A model generated the notes under the pieces. It was not told the origin of the DNA, did no database searches, and worked only from the letters and a program-made list of their open reading frames with translations. From Octopus vulgaris (lineage: Eukaryota): DNA of 64,000 bases. The stretch covers positions 54,374,001 to 54,438,000 of the forward strand of contig OX597814.1 in the NCBI GenBank assembly GCA_951406725.2. Direction: 5' to 3'. The translations under genes and the position numbers were made by a program. Positions 39,472 through 51,344 of the stretch are shown here, piece by piece (the first letter of the stretch is position 1; each line of letters begins with the position of its first letter).

Positions 39472-40457
39472 CGGTAAAAACTCATGTAATTTATGCACTT
39501 TTTTTTGCAAACAATAAAAATAAACTTTAGGGTGTGTAAATTACATGAGTAGATCATTTACAGAATGTTTTTAGAAATTTTTTTTGTTGAAAAAAGACAT
39601 ACATAAACATTCATACTAGAAGTTGACTCATTTAACCCTTTTGATACTGACCCGGCTGAAACTGCCTCTGGCTCTGTGTTTTGAATTAAAATCTGCCAAA
39701 CCTTAGTCACAATTTATGTTCCTAACACTAGCTTGATAATAACTAAGATATTTTACTAAATTCTTTGTTATATTTAAAATTAATTGAAAGAAACACAGAG
39801 CATCTCAACAGAAATACGGTAACAAAAGGGTTAATCTCAGAATAGGTTTTTACAGAGAAAAATAAGGGCTTAAATATAATGAAGTTGATTTTAATTTATG
39901 CTGGACGGTATAATGCTTACTTTTTCTGTATAAATTTACTAAAACCATTAAATGGTTAACTACTTTTCTATATTTTGGAGTTTGATGTATCAAAGGTTCT
40001 GACAAGAATAGGCAGAAAATTGGAGCTTGAAACAAGAAGATGCTTTTGACTGATCATAATTCTGTTTAAACAATCAGTTTGATTATCAGCTTTGTTTTTG
40101 TTGATAATTCTTAACAACTTTTCCTGTAATTGTGATTTGAGAAGATATACAGCAGTATGCTAAAGATTGAACATAATCTCTTGTGGGCAAGAAATGTAAA
40201 ATAAAGTTTATTATAAACAACATAAACACTTTGTAATTTAATAGCTTTTAATGTGATACCTGTTAAACAGAAATTGTTTTTATTTAAAGAAAATTTAATA
40301 AAATCTAATCATAAATAAGTGAAATTATGCTAAATACAACTAAATTGAAAACCTTTTCGTCCTGGCTATATTGACAATTCTGAACTTTTGGGTGCAAATT
40401 TTACATAAATCACCTGTGTATATTACACAGGTGCACAAATTACGTGGGTTTTTACGG
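39472..40457. mobile_element. pogo/Tc2-like non-autonomous element
   Basis: TIRs CGGTAAAAACTCATGTAATTTATGCAC / GTGCACAAATTACGTGGGTTTTTACGG, with TA on both sides. Confidence 0.8.
39636..39830. mobile_element. piggyBac-type MITE nested in the pogo-like element
   Basis: TTAA-CCCTTT...AAAGGG-TTAA; second copy at 42717-42937. Confidence 0.85.
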
Positions 40458-40487
40458 TACTTTTCAATATGAAAAAAATCTGTTTAA

Positions 40488-40689
40488 CCCTCTAGTATTT
40501 AAACTGGCCATATCTGGCCTGTTTTGTGTTCAAATTGACCAGATCTGACCTCTCACACTTCTCTTACAATGTCTTCTAAAAATAAACTGTCACATCGTTT
40601 AAATCTCAAAGCTATAAGATAATGTAGGATTAATTCAGAGCAGTGTGAATTAGCATTGCATTTGATAGAATAATCTGATTGCTTAAGGG
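40488..40689. mobile_element. piggyBac-type MITE (second family)
   Basis: TTAA-CCCT...AGGG-TTAA; homologous to the left half of 43031-43448. Confidence 0.8.
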
Positions 40690-40739
40690 TTAATGCATTT
40701 TTGGATCATCTATATGAAATATTAATGTTAGGAAACTCA

Positions 40740-41480
40740 AGGTCAGTTTTAAACAGATCTAAAATGGGCAAGTTAGTCAGACAACTAGATGCAATTCACA
40801 GAACTGTAATTTCACATATATTACACCTCTGCTACCTGACTAAAGATCACATTGACATGTTATGTGCTTCCTTTTGTCTACTTCTGTCTGATGTCAATTC
40901 TGGTGGTGTCCTCAACAGAAGCAAGCTAATCAAGGCTTTGTCAGACTGTGACAGTTTCAGTCTCTTTATCCTCATCATTCATAATGTACATCTTAGCCTA
41001 GTATAGTTGATAAGATGTTAGCCTACCTGTTGAAGATTTGCTGGTTATTCCACTGTCGGTGCCATATTATAACTCTTTTGTTAGGCTAATCTAATTGTAA
41101 ATAACATTCTTGGTACCTAATGATATTAGCTTTTTTTCTAATTCACAGTGATTTCATTACACACTATTAGTTTTTTAATTCTGTACTCAAATTCTCTGAT
41201 GAGTGGAGCTTGATTGACTGCAAAACTGGCCTTGGATACAATGCTGACTACAAGGTCAACAAGTGAGTTCAAATGATCTGATGGGTTATGTGACATTATT
41301 CTTTAGTGTTGCATTTTTTCCCCCTGAATGTGATTAGAGTTATCCGACAACTGCAACCATTGTGCAGAATCCATTGTTGACTCCTTATTTTATACATAGT
41401 GGATCAACATGCCTTCTATAGGTTGCTATTGAATACTCAAGTCACTTTTGACTGAAAGGAATTTTAGCACAAAATATGCT
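40740..41480 (+). mobile_element. Probable highly decayed Penelope-like element with a hammerhead remnant at 41196-41231
   Basis: CTGATGA-GTGG...CTGC-AAAA-CTGG-CC equals CTGATGA-GCGG...CCGC-GAAA-CCGG after CpG transitions; nearby translations only weakly resemble a GIY-YIG C-terminus. Confidence 0.45.
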
Positions 41481-42434
41481 GAGTGATTGCATACACTTGT
41501 GTGCACATGCACGCACGTGCACACACACATACACACAAACCCTAGATATACTTCATCTCTTTACCATGTCTTCCAGTTTGTTTATTAATTCAGATTTATA
41601 AGGAATGGAAAATGGGAATTAACATTCATGTCTTATCTGAGGAGGCTTTAGCACTGTGAGTGACATTAATGATCATAGTCAAGTTTTGAAACTTAATCAT
41701 CCCTCCTGTAGTGTTCGGTTTTTAGTCACTTTCCTACTTATGCATGTGACGACCAGATCCAGCAGACTGTGGAAGAAACCTTCATGGTTCAACAGTGGGG
41801 AAGGTTGCTGCAGTAGAGAGCAAGATGGGGCAAATAAAACATCGTGGTCATCTACTGCTCCTATCTCCATCCTCTGCCATCTTGACCTGGTCTTGCCACT
41901 GGATTGAAGATGGTCATGGATGAGAGAGAGTGAGGTTGATGATGTGCAACACTTTTCCACTTTGAGCAAGTCACTGCACAAGTCATCATTAAAGATGACT
42001 AGATGTTCCAATGTGGGAAACAGTGCTTAGTTAAAATTTCAGTATAAAATGTTTGTGATAAAAATTAAATCACCAAGATTCATAGCTTTGAATACAGCTA
42101 TTGTATTAACTATTTTTTTTTTCTTTTTTTAACAGTAACCATCCTGTTTTTTTTCTGTAATGCATTTTGAGTTAAATATCAAGACTACAAAAATAGTGCA
42201 TGATCTTAGCAATTATTTTTCCAAAAGATAAAGATTTCTGCAACATTTAAAAAGATTTCAGAATTGTGTGCAGAATCTTGACAGGAAGTAGACAGGGCAT
42301 GTCATTCAGGAGGTTGTGAATGGTGACAAATGGACTTTGGCTAATACAGCTTGATTGATTGATTAATCAAATAATTTATCAAACAATCAATTAGTTTATT
42401 AGTTAACTAGCTAATCAATTGACAAATAATAAAG

Positions 42435-42498
42435 AAGTGAAATTGAACCAGTGTCTCCCAAGATACAAGTGAAATTGAACCAGTGTCTTCCAAGATAC
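42435..42498. repeat. Tandem duplication, 2 x 32 bp
   Basis: AAGTGAAATTGAACCAGTGTCT(C/T)CCAAGATAC twice. Confidence 0.9.
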
Positions 42499-42716
42499 AA
42501 CAAAATGTATATAAATTAAATGATGACCTTCAATCTTGGTGCCAACTCTAGTAATTAAAAATAATTAATCAAAAGTTTTAGACAGGATACCTAAAATATG
42601 TCTTAGCTCATTAGCGAATAGAGTTAGGAGTTTAAAAGATGTGATTCTCACATTGAAGATAGTGGCATTAAGCTTTAATTATGTGACTTTACTTTAAGCA
42701 ATAGTTTAGCTTTTAA

Positions 42717-42937
42717 CCCTTTCGTTACCAACCCGCCTGAAACCGACTCTGGCTCTGTGTACAAATTGTCTTGTTTTCACAAGTTTTGAATTAAAATTTT
42801 CCACCAAACCTTAGTTACAATTTATGTTCCTAACACTAGCTTAATGATAACTAATTTATTTTACTAAATTCTTTGTTATATTTAAAGTAATTGAAACAAA
42901 CACAGAGTATCTCAAAATAAATACAGTAATGAAAGGG
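42717..42937. mobile_element. piggyBac-type MITE
   Basis: TTAA TSDs, CCCTTT/AAAGGG ends, homologous to 39636-39830. Confidence 0.85.
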
Positions 42938-43030
42938 TTAAACAGTTCATCTTGAGATTTAAAGATAGCCAACAATATTTGAAAGAAAATTTGGTTGGTA
43001 TGTTTGTTGGTCATTATTATCATTGTTTAA

Positions 43031-43448
43031 CCCTTTTGCATTTAAACTGGCCATATCCAGCCAAAATATTCTACCTGTTTTATGTTCAAACTGGCCAGGT
43101 TCAGCCTCTCACACCTACACTATAATGTCAGTCTAAGAAAATAGATAATCACATCATGAAATCTCAAGGCTACAAGATAATGCAGGGTAAATTCAAAACA
43201 GTGTGAATAGATAAGCATTACATTTGACAGAAATCTAAAGGCTAAAAAGTTAACACTTCTACATTCATATTATTCTATCAAATATAATTCTTATTTAATC
43301 ATGTATTATTTTATAGTTTCAAAATTTTGATGATGTGATTACAGTTTTTAGAATGACATTTTAGGTAAGAGTGAGATACAGATCAGGAAAGTTTGAACAC
43401 AGAACCAGATTATTTGGGCCAGATATGGCTGGTTAAAATGCTAAAGGG
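43031..43448. mobile_element. piggyBac-type MITE
   Basis: TTAA-CCCTTTTGCATTTAAACTGGCCATATC ... GATATGGCTGGTTAAAATGCTAAAGGG-TTAA. Confidence 0.85.
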
Positions 43449-45389
43449 TTAAATCATCATTTTTATGTTATGGCATGGATCTACAGTGTAGTATTTCCAA
43501 GTCATCTTATTAGTAGCTCCCAACCTTGGGTTTATTGCTATGTAGCAGTTGACCTAGAACACTTAGGTAGTTTGAAAGTTTACGTGCCAAACTTTGTTTA
43601 AAGATTTGCTAATGACAACTTTATTTTTACTTGCCAGTGCCACTGGACTGGCTCCTGTGCAGATGGCACGTAAAAACCACCATTTGAGCGTGGTTGTTGC
43701 CAGTACTGCCTGACTGGCCCTCGTGCTGGTGGCACGTAAAAGCACCCACTACATTCTCAGAGTGGTTGGCGTTAGGAAGGGCATCCAACTGTAGAAACTC
43801 TGCCAAATCAAGATTGGAGCCTGGTGCAGCCATCTGGTTCACCAGTCCTCAGTCAAATCGTCCAACCCATGCTAGCATGGAAAGCAGATGTTAAATGATC
43901 ATGATGATGTTGTAGTAACCAACAAGGGAGCCTTTATGCAGGCACTTGATTTGGTAGAATTAGCAGTCAATTCTCTCCTCATATCTCCATACATTTAAAT
44001 ATTGAATGATACATTCAACTGTGTAATCCCTGACACAAAAAAATTGATGGTCTCAACTAGGACATATGTTTGTAGCTAAACACCATAAAGAACCTTATTT
44101 TCACTATGACTTTCTAGCACTTTGGCCTATTTCTATATCATAGATTAGAAATTAGATTTCCAGTAGGTCTTTGTAAATGATTTTGAAAGTTCATTCTGAA
44201 GCAGAATTGAAAAGCTTGATGAGAACAATATGATTGTGAAATGATATGTCTTATTCACACAGCCATACCTGCTGTAGTAATTGACTTTTCTGTTAGCTAT
44301 CAAGTTTTGGTTTTAGTATTATATTCTCTAGCTACTGAACAGGTTTTCTTCTGGGTGTAAATTTTGGAAAACATGGAATAACTTTGAATTTACTTTGAAC
44401 TAATTTCTATACAAATGTCCCTTCTCAAGAAAGAGGTGGCTTGGATCAAGGCAGTATTAGGCATGGTTAAAATATCTCACAAGCAGAAACTGTCTTGTAC
44501 ATTTTTCTTTTTTTTTTTATTTATATTTATTTATAATCTAGCTGCCATTATCAATCCTATATCCAAGCTATAAATAATATCCAAACAACTAAACAAATGT
44601 TTGAATTTATAGAATTTTTCAACGTACATAGGTTCAGTGCAAGTTTTTTCTTCTGTAGCTCCTAGCCAACCAAGGTCTTGCGTATGGATTTGCTAGATGG
44701 AATCTGAAAAAGCCTGTCATATGATATATATATATATATATATATGTATGCATGAGTACATATCTGTGAGTATGTAGGTACATACTTATGTATGTCTGTC
44801 CCCCAACTGATTGGTAAAAGGTGTTGGTTTGTTTATGTCCCCATAATTTACCAGTTTCACAAAAGAGACTGATTGAATAAGTTCTGGGATTGTTTGTTTG
44901 ACTAAAAACTGCCTTGAAAGGTGGTGTCCTTGTATGGCTGCAGTCCAATAACTGAAACAAATAAAAGATAGATGATAAAAAAGATTTAAGATTTAAAAAT
45001 TTTTTTGCACTGAATTTTACCTTTGTTTTTCTATACTAAAGTGGGAATGGGATATTTGATTCTTATTTGAATATTATTTGTATATCATTGATGCAATTAT
45101 TTTTGTAGTGGATATCTTTTTCATTTGCTAACTTATTGTCAGTGAATTAAGAGTAACAAATTGAGGCAAGCTGAGTTACATGCTTTGCCTTAAGGCAGAT
45201 CACAATGCTCTATGAAGAATGTGAATAGTATTCCAACATTCTTAACCTTAAAACTAATTTGTTAAATGTAAAAAGAAACAAAACGAATGTTTTAAATACA
45301 CAGAAATTTCCTCTTATAATTTTACTATTTATTTTCTTTGTTGGTGGTAAATATATAAGTTGAAATTTTTTTCTTTTTATTCTTTTTAG

Positions 45390-45702
45390 CTAATTCCCCC
45401 AAATCTTCCCAGATGGTGAGGAAAATGAGTTCTCGTGTAGAGGACGAAGAAGACATTATTGATGTTGATGTGAGCGATGATGAGAAATACAATGCAAATA
45501 ATGTCTTCCAGGGCCTCTGGATCCCTTATCCGGATCAAGTTGCTGAAATGTTTGAGAAACTGGACAATGGTGGCTTACCAGTTCTTAAATGGAAATGTCC
45601 TGGTCGCAGGCCACCTGAGGTGGAGAAAGAGGATGAAGATATGGACATAGAACAGAAGTTAGTTGTGGAACAGAAAATAGAAGAACTCAAAGAGGAAAAA
45701 AA
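45390..45702 (+). CDS. PAGR1: PAGR1 (PAXIP1-associated glutamate-rich protein 1) exon 2; in-frame ATG at 45413
   Basis: Polypyrimidine tract plus TAG acceptor (45388-89) and donor AA|GTAAGC. DVDVSDDE...WIPYPDQVAEMFEKL...LKWKCPGRRPP and an E-rich stretch align with recalled human PAGR1 VPCSDEE...WMPPPSEIQRLYELL...PRRPP. Confidence 0.92.
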
Positions 45703-45958
45703 GTAAGCAAAATAGTTTTACTGCATGAATGTATGTGTGTGTTTGTAGGATCAGGTAAGTAGTTGTTGTTCAGCTCCAGGTCAGGCCTGATTATGTAGAC
45801 TTATGAGCAAAGGTTTTCCAACTGTGTCCATCCTCTCCTTTTCTTTTCCTCTTTTTAAGATGGGCATGTAACTTGAAGTAGATTTCCTAGTGCCAATGCT
45901 ATGTAAAAAGCATTGATACACTCTGTGAAGTGGTTGGCATTAGGAAATGTTCCAGCTG

Positions 45959-48270
45959 TTGAAACCATGCCAAAGCAGACATTGGAGCTTGGCACGATCC
46001 TCTGTCTTACCATCTCTTGCTAAATAATACAACCATGCCAGTATGGAAAACATGTTTAGTGGTGATGATGAGGATTTCTTATTTCTAAAAGCTTCTGTGA
46101 TTGTGTAAAGGTTCCTTCTCTGGCTGGCGTAGAGACTTCCTCATTGACTCTTTCTCAGATTAAGTTGGAGTAAATTCCAGAATGGTCTCATCTGGGAATT
46201 TATTCCTTACAACAATTGAAATTATCAAACTCTTCCAAGAACTCTCCTGCAGACTAATTGTCGTCAACACAGACAATCACTAGTTTCCTTGAATTTTAAA
46301 CTTTTGCTATTCAGTTGGTTGGTAGTGGACTTATGCCATGTCTTTTAAAATTTTATTTCACTTTATTTTTATTGTAAAATTAAATAGCATAGTGAGTTGG
46401 TAGAAGTGGTAAAACATTATAGTAAATGATTTTACAGTATTTATATGGCAGTCACAGTTATGGCTGTGGTTAAGTTTGCTTCATGCGACTTGATTTCACA
46501 TGTGATCCCAAATGCAGATGGCAGAACATCTTGTTGCTAAAGCCGACTGGTGAAAGTAACAGACATGTTTCACTGGTATTAGATCTCCTCAGCAAAGCAT
46601 CTTCAACTCTCTTTACAAAACTTTTGAGGAGATCAATATCTGTCTGTCTATCTGTGTATGTGTGTGTGTGGAACAAAGGGAATGTGGTATATAGTTTTGT
46701 TTATCTTCATTTTAGCTCCAAATCCTATGGAATTCTACTTCTGTCTCTGTGATCAAAGAAGTTCATCCATTTTCTTTATCACTATTCCTGGGAAGGATTA
46801 TGGTGGGTAGAGTCCTCTGACACATCCTCCTTAGGGTCCTGTCAGAAGCAACCATCATTGCACTTTACATTAAATAAGTGCCAATTGCATCAAATAAGTA
46901 CCAGTAGTTAATATACTAGAGATTGACTTGATCAATTATATATCTTCTTTGAAAATATTGGTTTTGTACATGACTGAAAGAACTCATGGGTTTGAACAAC
47001 AGGTACTATGAGGAGATTTAGTCAGTAAACAACTGGGAAAATTTATTGATAAAAAAATCAGTTTAGGAAAAGGCATTGGTTTTCTGTGTTTTAAAAAACA
47101 TACCTGAAAAACTAACTTGTGTGAGGGTAATCAACCAAGTGCATTTATCAAATATAAAATGAAGATAATAAATATGATAAATGTTGGTTTCAAATTTAGG
47201 TACAAGGCCACAATTTCAGTGGGTGCGGTACAGGGTAGTATCAAAAAGTTCCTGGACTAATTATGTTTAACAAAAAATAATTTATTTACCTAAGTTTTTG
47301 CATCATCTCCTTCAAAATAGTCACCTTGCACAGCAATACACTGGTCCCAGCTTTTCTGCCACTTTTGGAATCCAGCCTGGAAGCCATTTTCTGTAAGCGA
47401 ATCAAAGACCTTCTGCAATTTGCTCTAGATCTTGACAGTGGAGTTAAAACAGCGACCTTTGAGCTTCATTTTCATCTTGGGGAAAAGATGGAAGTCCACA
47501 GGTGCTAAATCTGGGGAATAGGGTGGGTGGAGAAGCAATACCATGTTGTTTTTGTGAGAAAAACTCACAAGTGAGAACTCGATGACAGGGTGTGTTGTTG
47601 TCATGAAGAATCCAATTTTTTGTGCTCCACAGATCCAGTTGCTTTCACTGAATGTCCTCAAACACTTCACAATGTTGTAGTAGAACTCTCAATTGAGGGT
47701 CTGGTCCTGGGGTGCGAATTCATGATGCACAATACCATGGATATCGAAAAAATGGTGAGCATGCTCTTGATTGAGCTGCAGCTCTATTATACCTTCATTT
47801 ATGGAGATGAAGGTCTCTTCCATTGTAACAACTGCTGCTTCATCTAACACAGGCCATCATCATCATCATTTAGCACCTGCTTTCTTTGTTGGCATGAGTT
47901 TGTCTTTCCAAATACCAACCACTCCAAAAGTGTAGTGGGTGCTTTTTATGCACCAGTTATGAAACACCGGCATTGGCTACAACATTGAAACCATGCCAAA
48001 GCAGACATTGGAGCTTGGCACGATCCTCTGTCTTACCATCTCTTGCTAAATCATACAACCATGCCAGTATGGAGAACATGTTTAGTGGTGATGATGAGGA
48101 TTTCTTATTTCTAAAAGCTTCTGTGATTGTGTAAAGGTTCCTTCACTGGCTGGCGTAGAGACTTCCTCATTGACTCTTTCTCAGATTAAGTTGAAGTAAA
48201 TTCCAGAATGGTCTCATCTGGGAATTTATTCCTTACAACAATTGAAATTATCAAACTCTTCCAAGAACTC
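45959..48270 (+). repeat. 286-bp direct duplication (45959-46244 and 47985-48270)
   Basis: Near-identical copies; 4 substitutions seen by eye. Confidence 0.95.
47231..47850 (-). mobile_element. Mariner transposon 3' part
   Basis: HPPYSPDLAPVDFHLFPKMKMKLKGRCF; TA-flanked TIR CAGGGTAGTATCAAAAAGTTCC at 47231. Confidence 0.9.
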
Positions 48271-49276
48271 ATGGTATGTTGCCAAAGGAGTCAGTAATTT
48301 GTCATTACCTCTGTGAGGCCCAAAGTTCGAAGGGTACTTTTTAGAGTACTCGAAGGGTACATCGGCACATGAAACTGGCAATGGTCACAACTACAATTTC
48401 ATTTGGTTTGACAGATGAAAAAATGGACATTGAAAATTGATGTTGATGATAATGGTTAGAATCTTCAGTCCACTTTAGGTGACAATGCTGTGCACATGTT
48501 GACCTACTTGTCAGGAATAGGTCATCTGGAATTATTATTTGAAATGGAATCCTCTTATATATACATGGAAGATATATTTATTATTTACTTAACTCTCTGA
48601 AAGTAGAGCTAAGCATTGGCTCTTGAATACATTTTGTAAATAATAAATAAATATTTTTTGTGCTACATGATATAATGACCAGAGAGGTCCCTGCTTTGTA
48701 AATAAAGTCTACACTAAGAAGCTGCTGCTAACAAACTGTTGTATAATGATGGAACATATTGTTTCCTCTCATTCTTTTCAGTACAATTTTGAAAGAAAAT
48801 GAAGGGGTTAAGCAAGTTTTACTCTTGATACTCATTAATTTATGTATCAAAATTGGCAATAATGTTTTTTTCCAAGATATTGTAACTTAGAATTGGATGT
48901 GATATTAGAAAGAAGAAACATTTTTTTTTACAAGGATGGAAACAATAGAACCATATTATTTCTATCTTTGCCTGGTAGGTTGTTTAAGTTGTTAGAGAAA
49001 TTGTTTTTTTTTCTTTTTTCCGTTGTCTTTTTTACAGCTGGATGCTTTTCCTTACTGTTAACCACACAACTGATATGAGTTGAACTGGAGCAAGCAGAGT
49101 TATGTACCTTGTTTAGGAATGCAGCTTAATGTAAAATTTTTTCTCATGTATAATTGCCAAACTAACAAAATAAATAAACATGGACATTTCTCAAATTTGC
49201 CATTGTTCGTTACTGAAGATGTAAAGAATATTTTCCTTAATAAAGGTTTTGTTTGCTTACTTTTTATTTTTTTCAG

Positions 49277-49359
49277 AGTGCCACAACCTACAGAATTTGA
49301 TTTTGATGATGGCAGCCTAGAGCAATCTACCACTAAACTAACTCCTAGAAAAACACCTG
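49277..49359 (+). CDS. PAGR1: PAGR1 exon 3 (83 bp)
   Basis: ttttttttcAG acceptor and G|GTATGT donor; phases match the flanking exons (2 in, 1 out); encodes VPQPTEFDFDD...RKTP, containing the PTEFDFDD signature of PAGR1. Confidence 0.95.
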
Positions 49360-49765
49360 GTATGTGTATATATATATGTCATTCCATTCTATTTAGTTGT
49401 TGAATATTTGCTGCAGTGGGAGAGATTCCCATATTGTTAGGCTTATTGTTAACATCTTATTTGATATTGGAGTGAAATATCCATTAAATGTTTAGATGAA
49501 ATTATGTATAATGTGCTGGTATCTGCTATAAATTTTTTTGTCATGTCTCTAGGCAGGACACTTTACCTCAGACATAGGCAACCTGCAGCCAGCAGGAATT
49601 TCTGAAAGCAATGTCTAACAAAATAATTACCTTGAATTTTTTTAGTAGTGAAGTCTGTCTGATGATGAGCTATTTCTCATGCAGTTCACTTCTTGAAACT
49701 GGTTATCCATGCATGCCTGCATTACATACATTAGTTCAATTAAATGTTAAGACTACATACTAGAT

Positions 49766-50078
49766 CAGGGCTAGCCAACCTGAGGCATGCAGCCCGCAGA
49801 CTTTTATATTGTGGCCCACTTGATACCTTCTTGAAATGAGTTTATTTAAGCATGCATTTAAAAATTTTATCAAAAATTAAAGATCGTAACGGAAAGTAAA
49901 AAAGGAAGATACTGTTTTTGCAATGATATGTCATGTTGAATCAACGATCATTCATTCAATATTGTAATAATAGCTTGAGAAAGCAAAATGCTTTCAATTT
50001 TGTCAGTATATAAGCGGCCCTCAAAAAACTTTCTGTGATTAAAGTGGTCCACAATGTAATTCAAGTTGGCCAGGCCTG
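49766..50078. mobile_element. hAT (Charlie-like) MITE
   Basis: TIRs CAGGGCTAGCCAACCT / AAGTTGGCCAGGCCTG and a perfect 8-bp TSD TACTAGAT (49758-49765 and 50079-50086). Confidence 0.9.
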
Positions 50079-51344
50079 TACTAGATCATATGAAGATATT
50101 CGATATGAAATAAAGGAAAGGTTACAGGAAATCACTTCATTGCTTAGGAGTCAATTTTAATTTGGTTGTTTAAGAAAATATATATTTATGTTGGTTGTTT
50201 TGGTAGTTTCATTCTTTAGCAGTCAAACTGACTGTATTGATTCTCTCTCTGTCACCACTAAGTCAGTGGGAAGATTTTTTTTTAAAGTAAAATTTTTGCC
50301 TAAGGCAGGCTATTTTACTTTTTCCATTGCATAAGCATATAAATAAAATCAGGTTATCATCCTCACCGTTATCATTGTTTAACATCTACTTTTCGATACT
50401 AGTATAGTGTGGACAAAATTTGTTGAGGCATATTTTTTACAGCTGAATGCCCTTCCTGTCGCCAACCCTCAGCTGTGATAGGTATCTTATTATCTGTTAT
50501 TGTCACATATAATGAACACCATGTTATGATAGGTTTCTTGAGTATTAGAAATTGATGTAATCCTCAGCTGCATATTATTAAAACTGTCACCACTGATAAC
50601 AGAGTTTTTGGCTTGCTTGTGCTATATTTCTGATAAATAAACTCTTAATTTTATTGAGGCTTTTGACCGTATAGTTGGTCCTTACAGGGAAAAGTAGATT
50701 TTTTTTTCTTGTAGAATATGAAGCACAGTGGCTGAGAAGTTAGTGTTGATCTTCTAACTACATGGCATGGTTCAAATCTTACTATTGTGTTCTTAACTAT
50801 GGTACATAACTCCTTGCTCTGGTTTCCCTGACTGCTAAAAATATACTTTTAACACTTAGCTAATATTTGTGGTTAGTAGTAGGAAAGACATCCAGATGGA
50901 AAAACAGTTTCAACAAATAAACTATTGCACCGTACTCGCATGGCATTATGGATCCAAAATAGCAGCAAAAAGAAAAATTTAAGTGAAGGTGTACAGTCTC
51001 AGCAATATAAATATAATGGTCTGGAAAGCAGATTATTAGCCAAATACTTTCAATATATGAAATGGTCTCACCTATCCTATGATCTCATTCTGTATTTAGT
51101 CATACTATGGTGGTTTTAGGATGTATTGTGACCATAAGAAAACTTTGATACGTAGTCTGTAAGGTTGGTGTGTTTAGTAGTGACAGAATAAACGGTTGTG
51201 GACATTGCTCAGAATTTGTTCAGTTTATTAGGTGGTGAGCATTCATCTCTGGAATATCTTGACAATAAAATAGACAAAAACAAATTGTATTATATTTTTG
51301 TTTTTATCATTTTCTCATGGGTATTTTTTTTCTTTTCAATCCAG

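Noticed and set aside
51317-51344. ATG 51317 as the start of a standalone 1717-aa gene
   Set aside because: MGIFFLFNP is the intron polypyrimidine tract; PAGR1 homology continues from the upstream exons through the acceptor at 51344.
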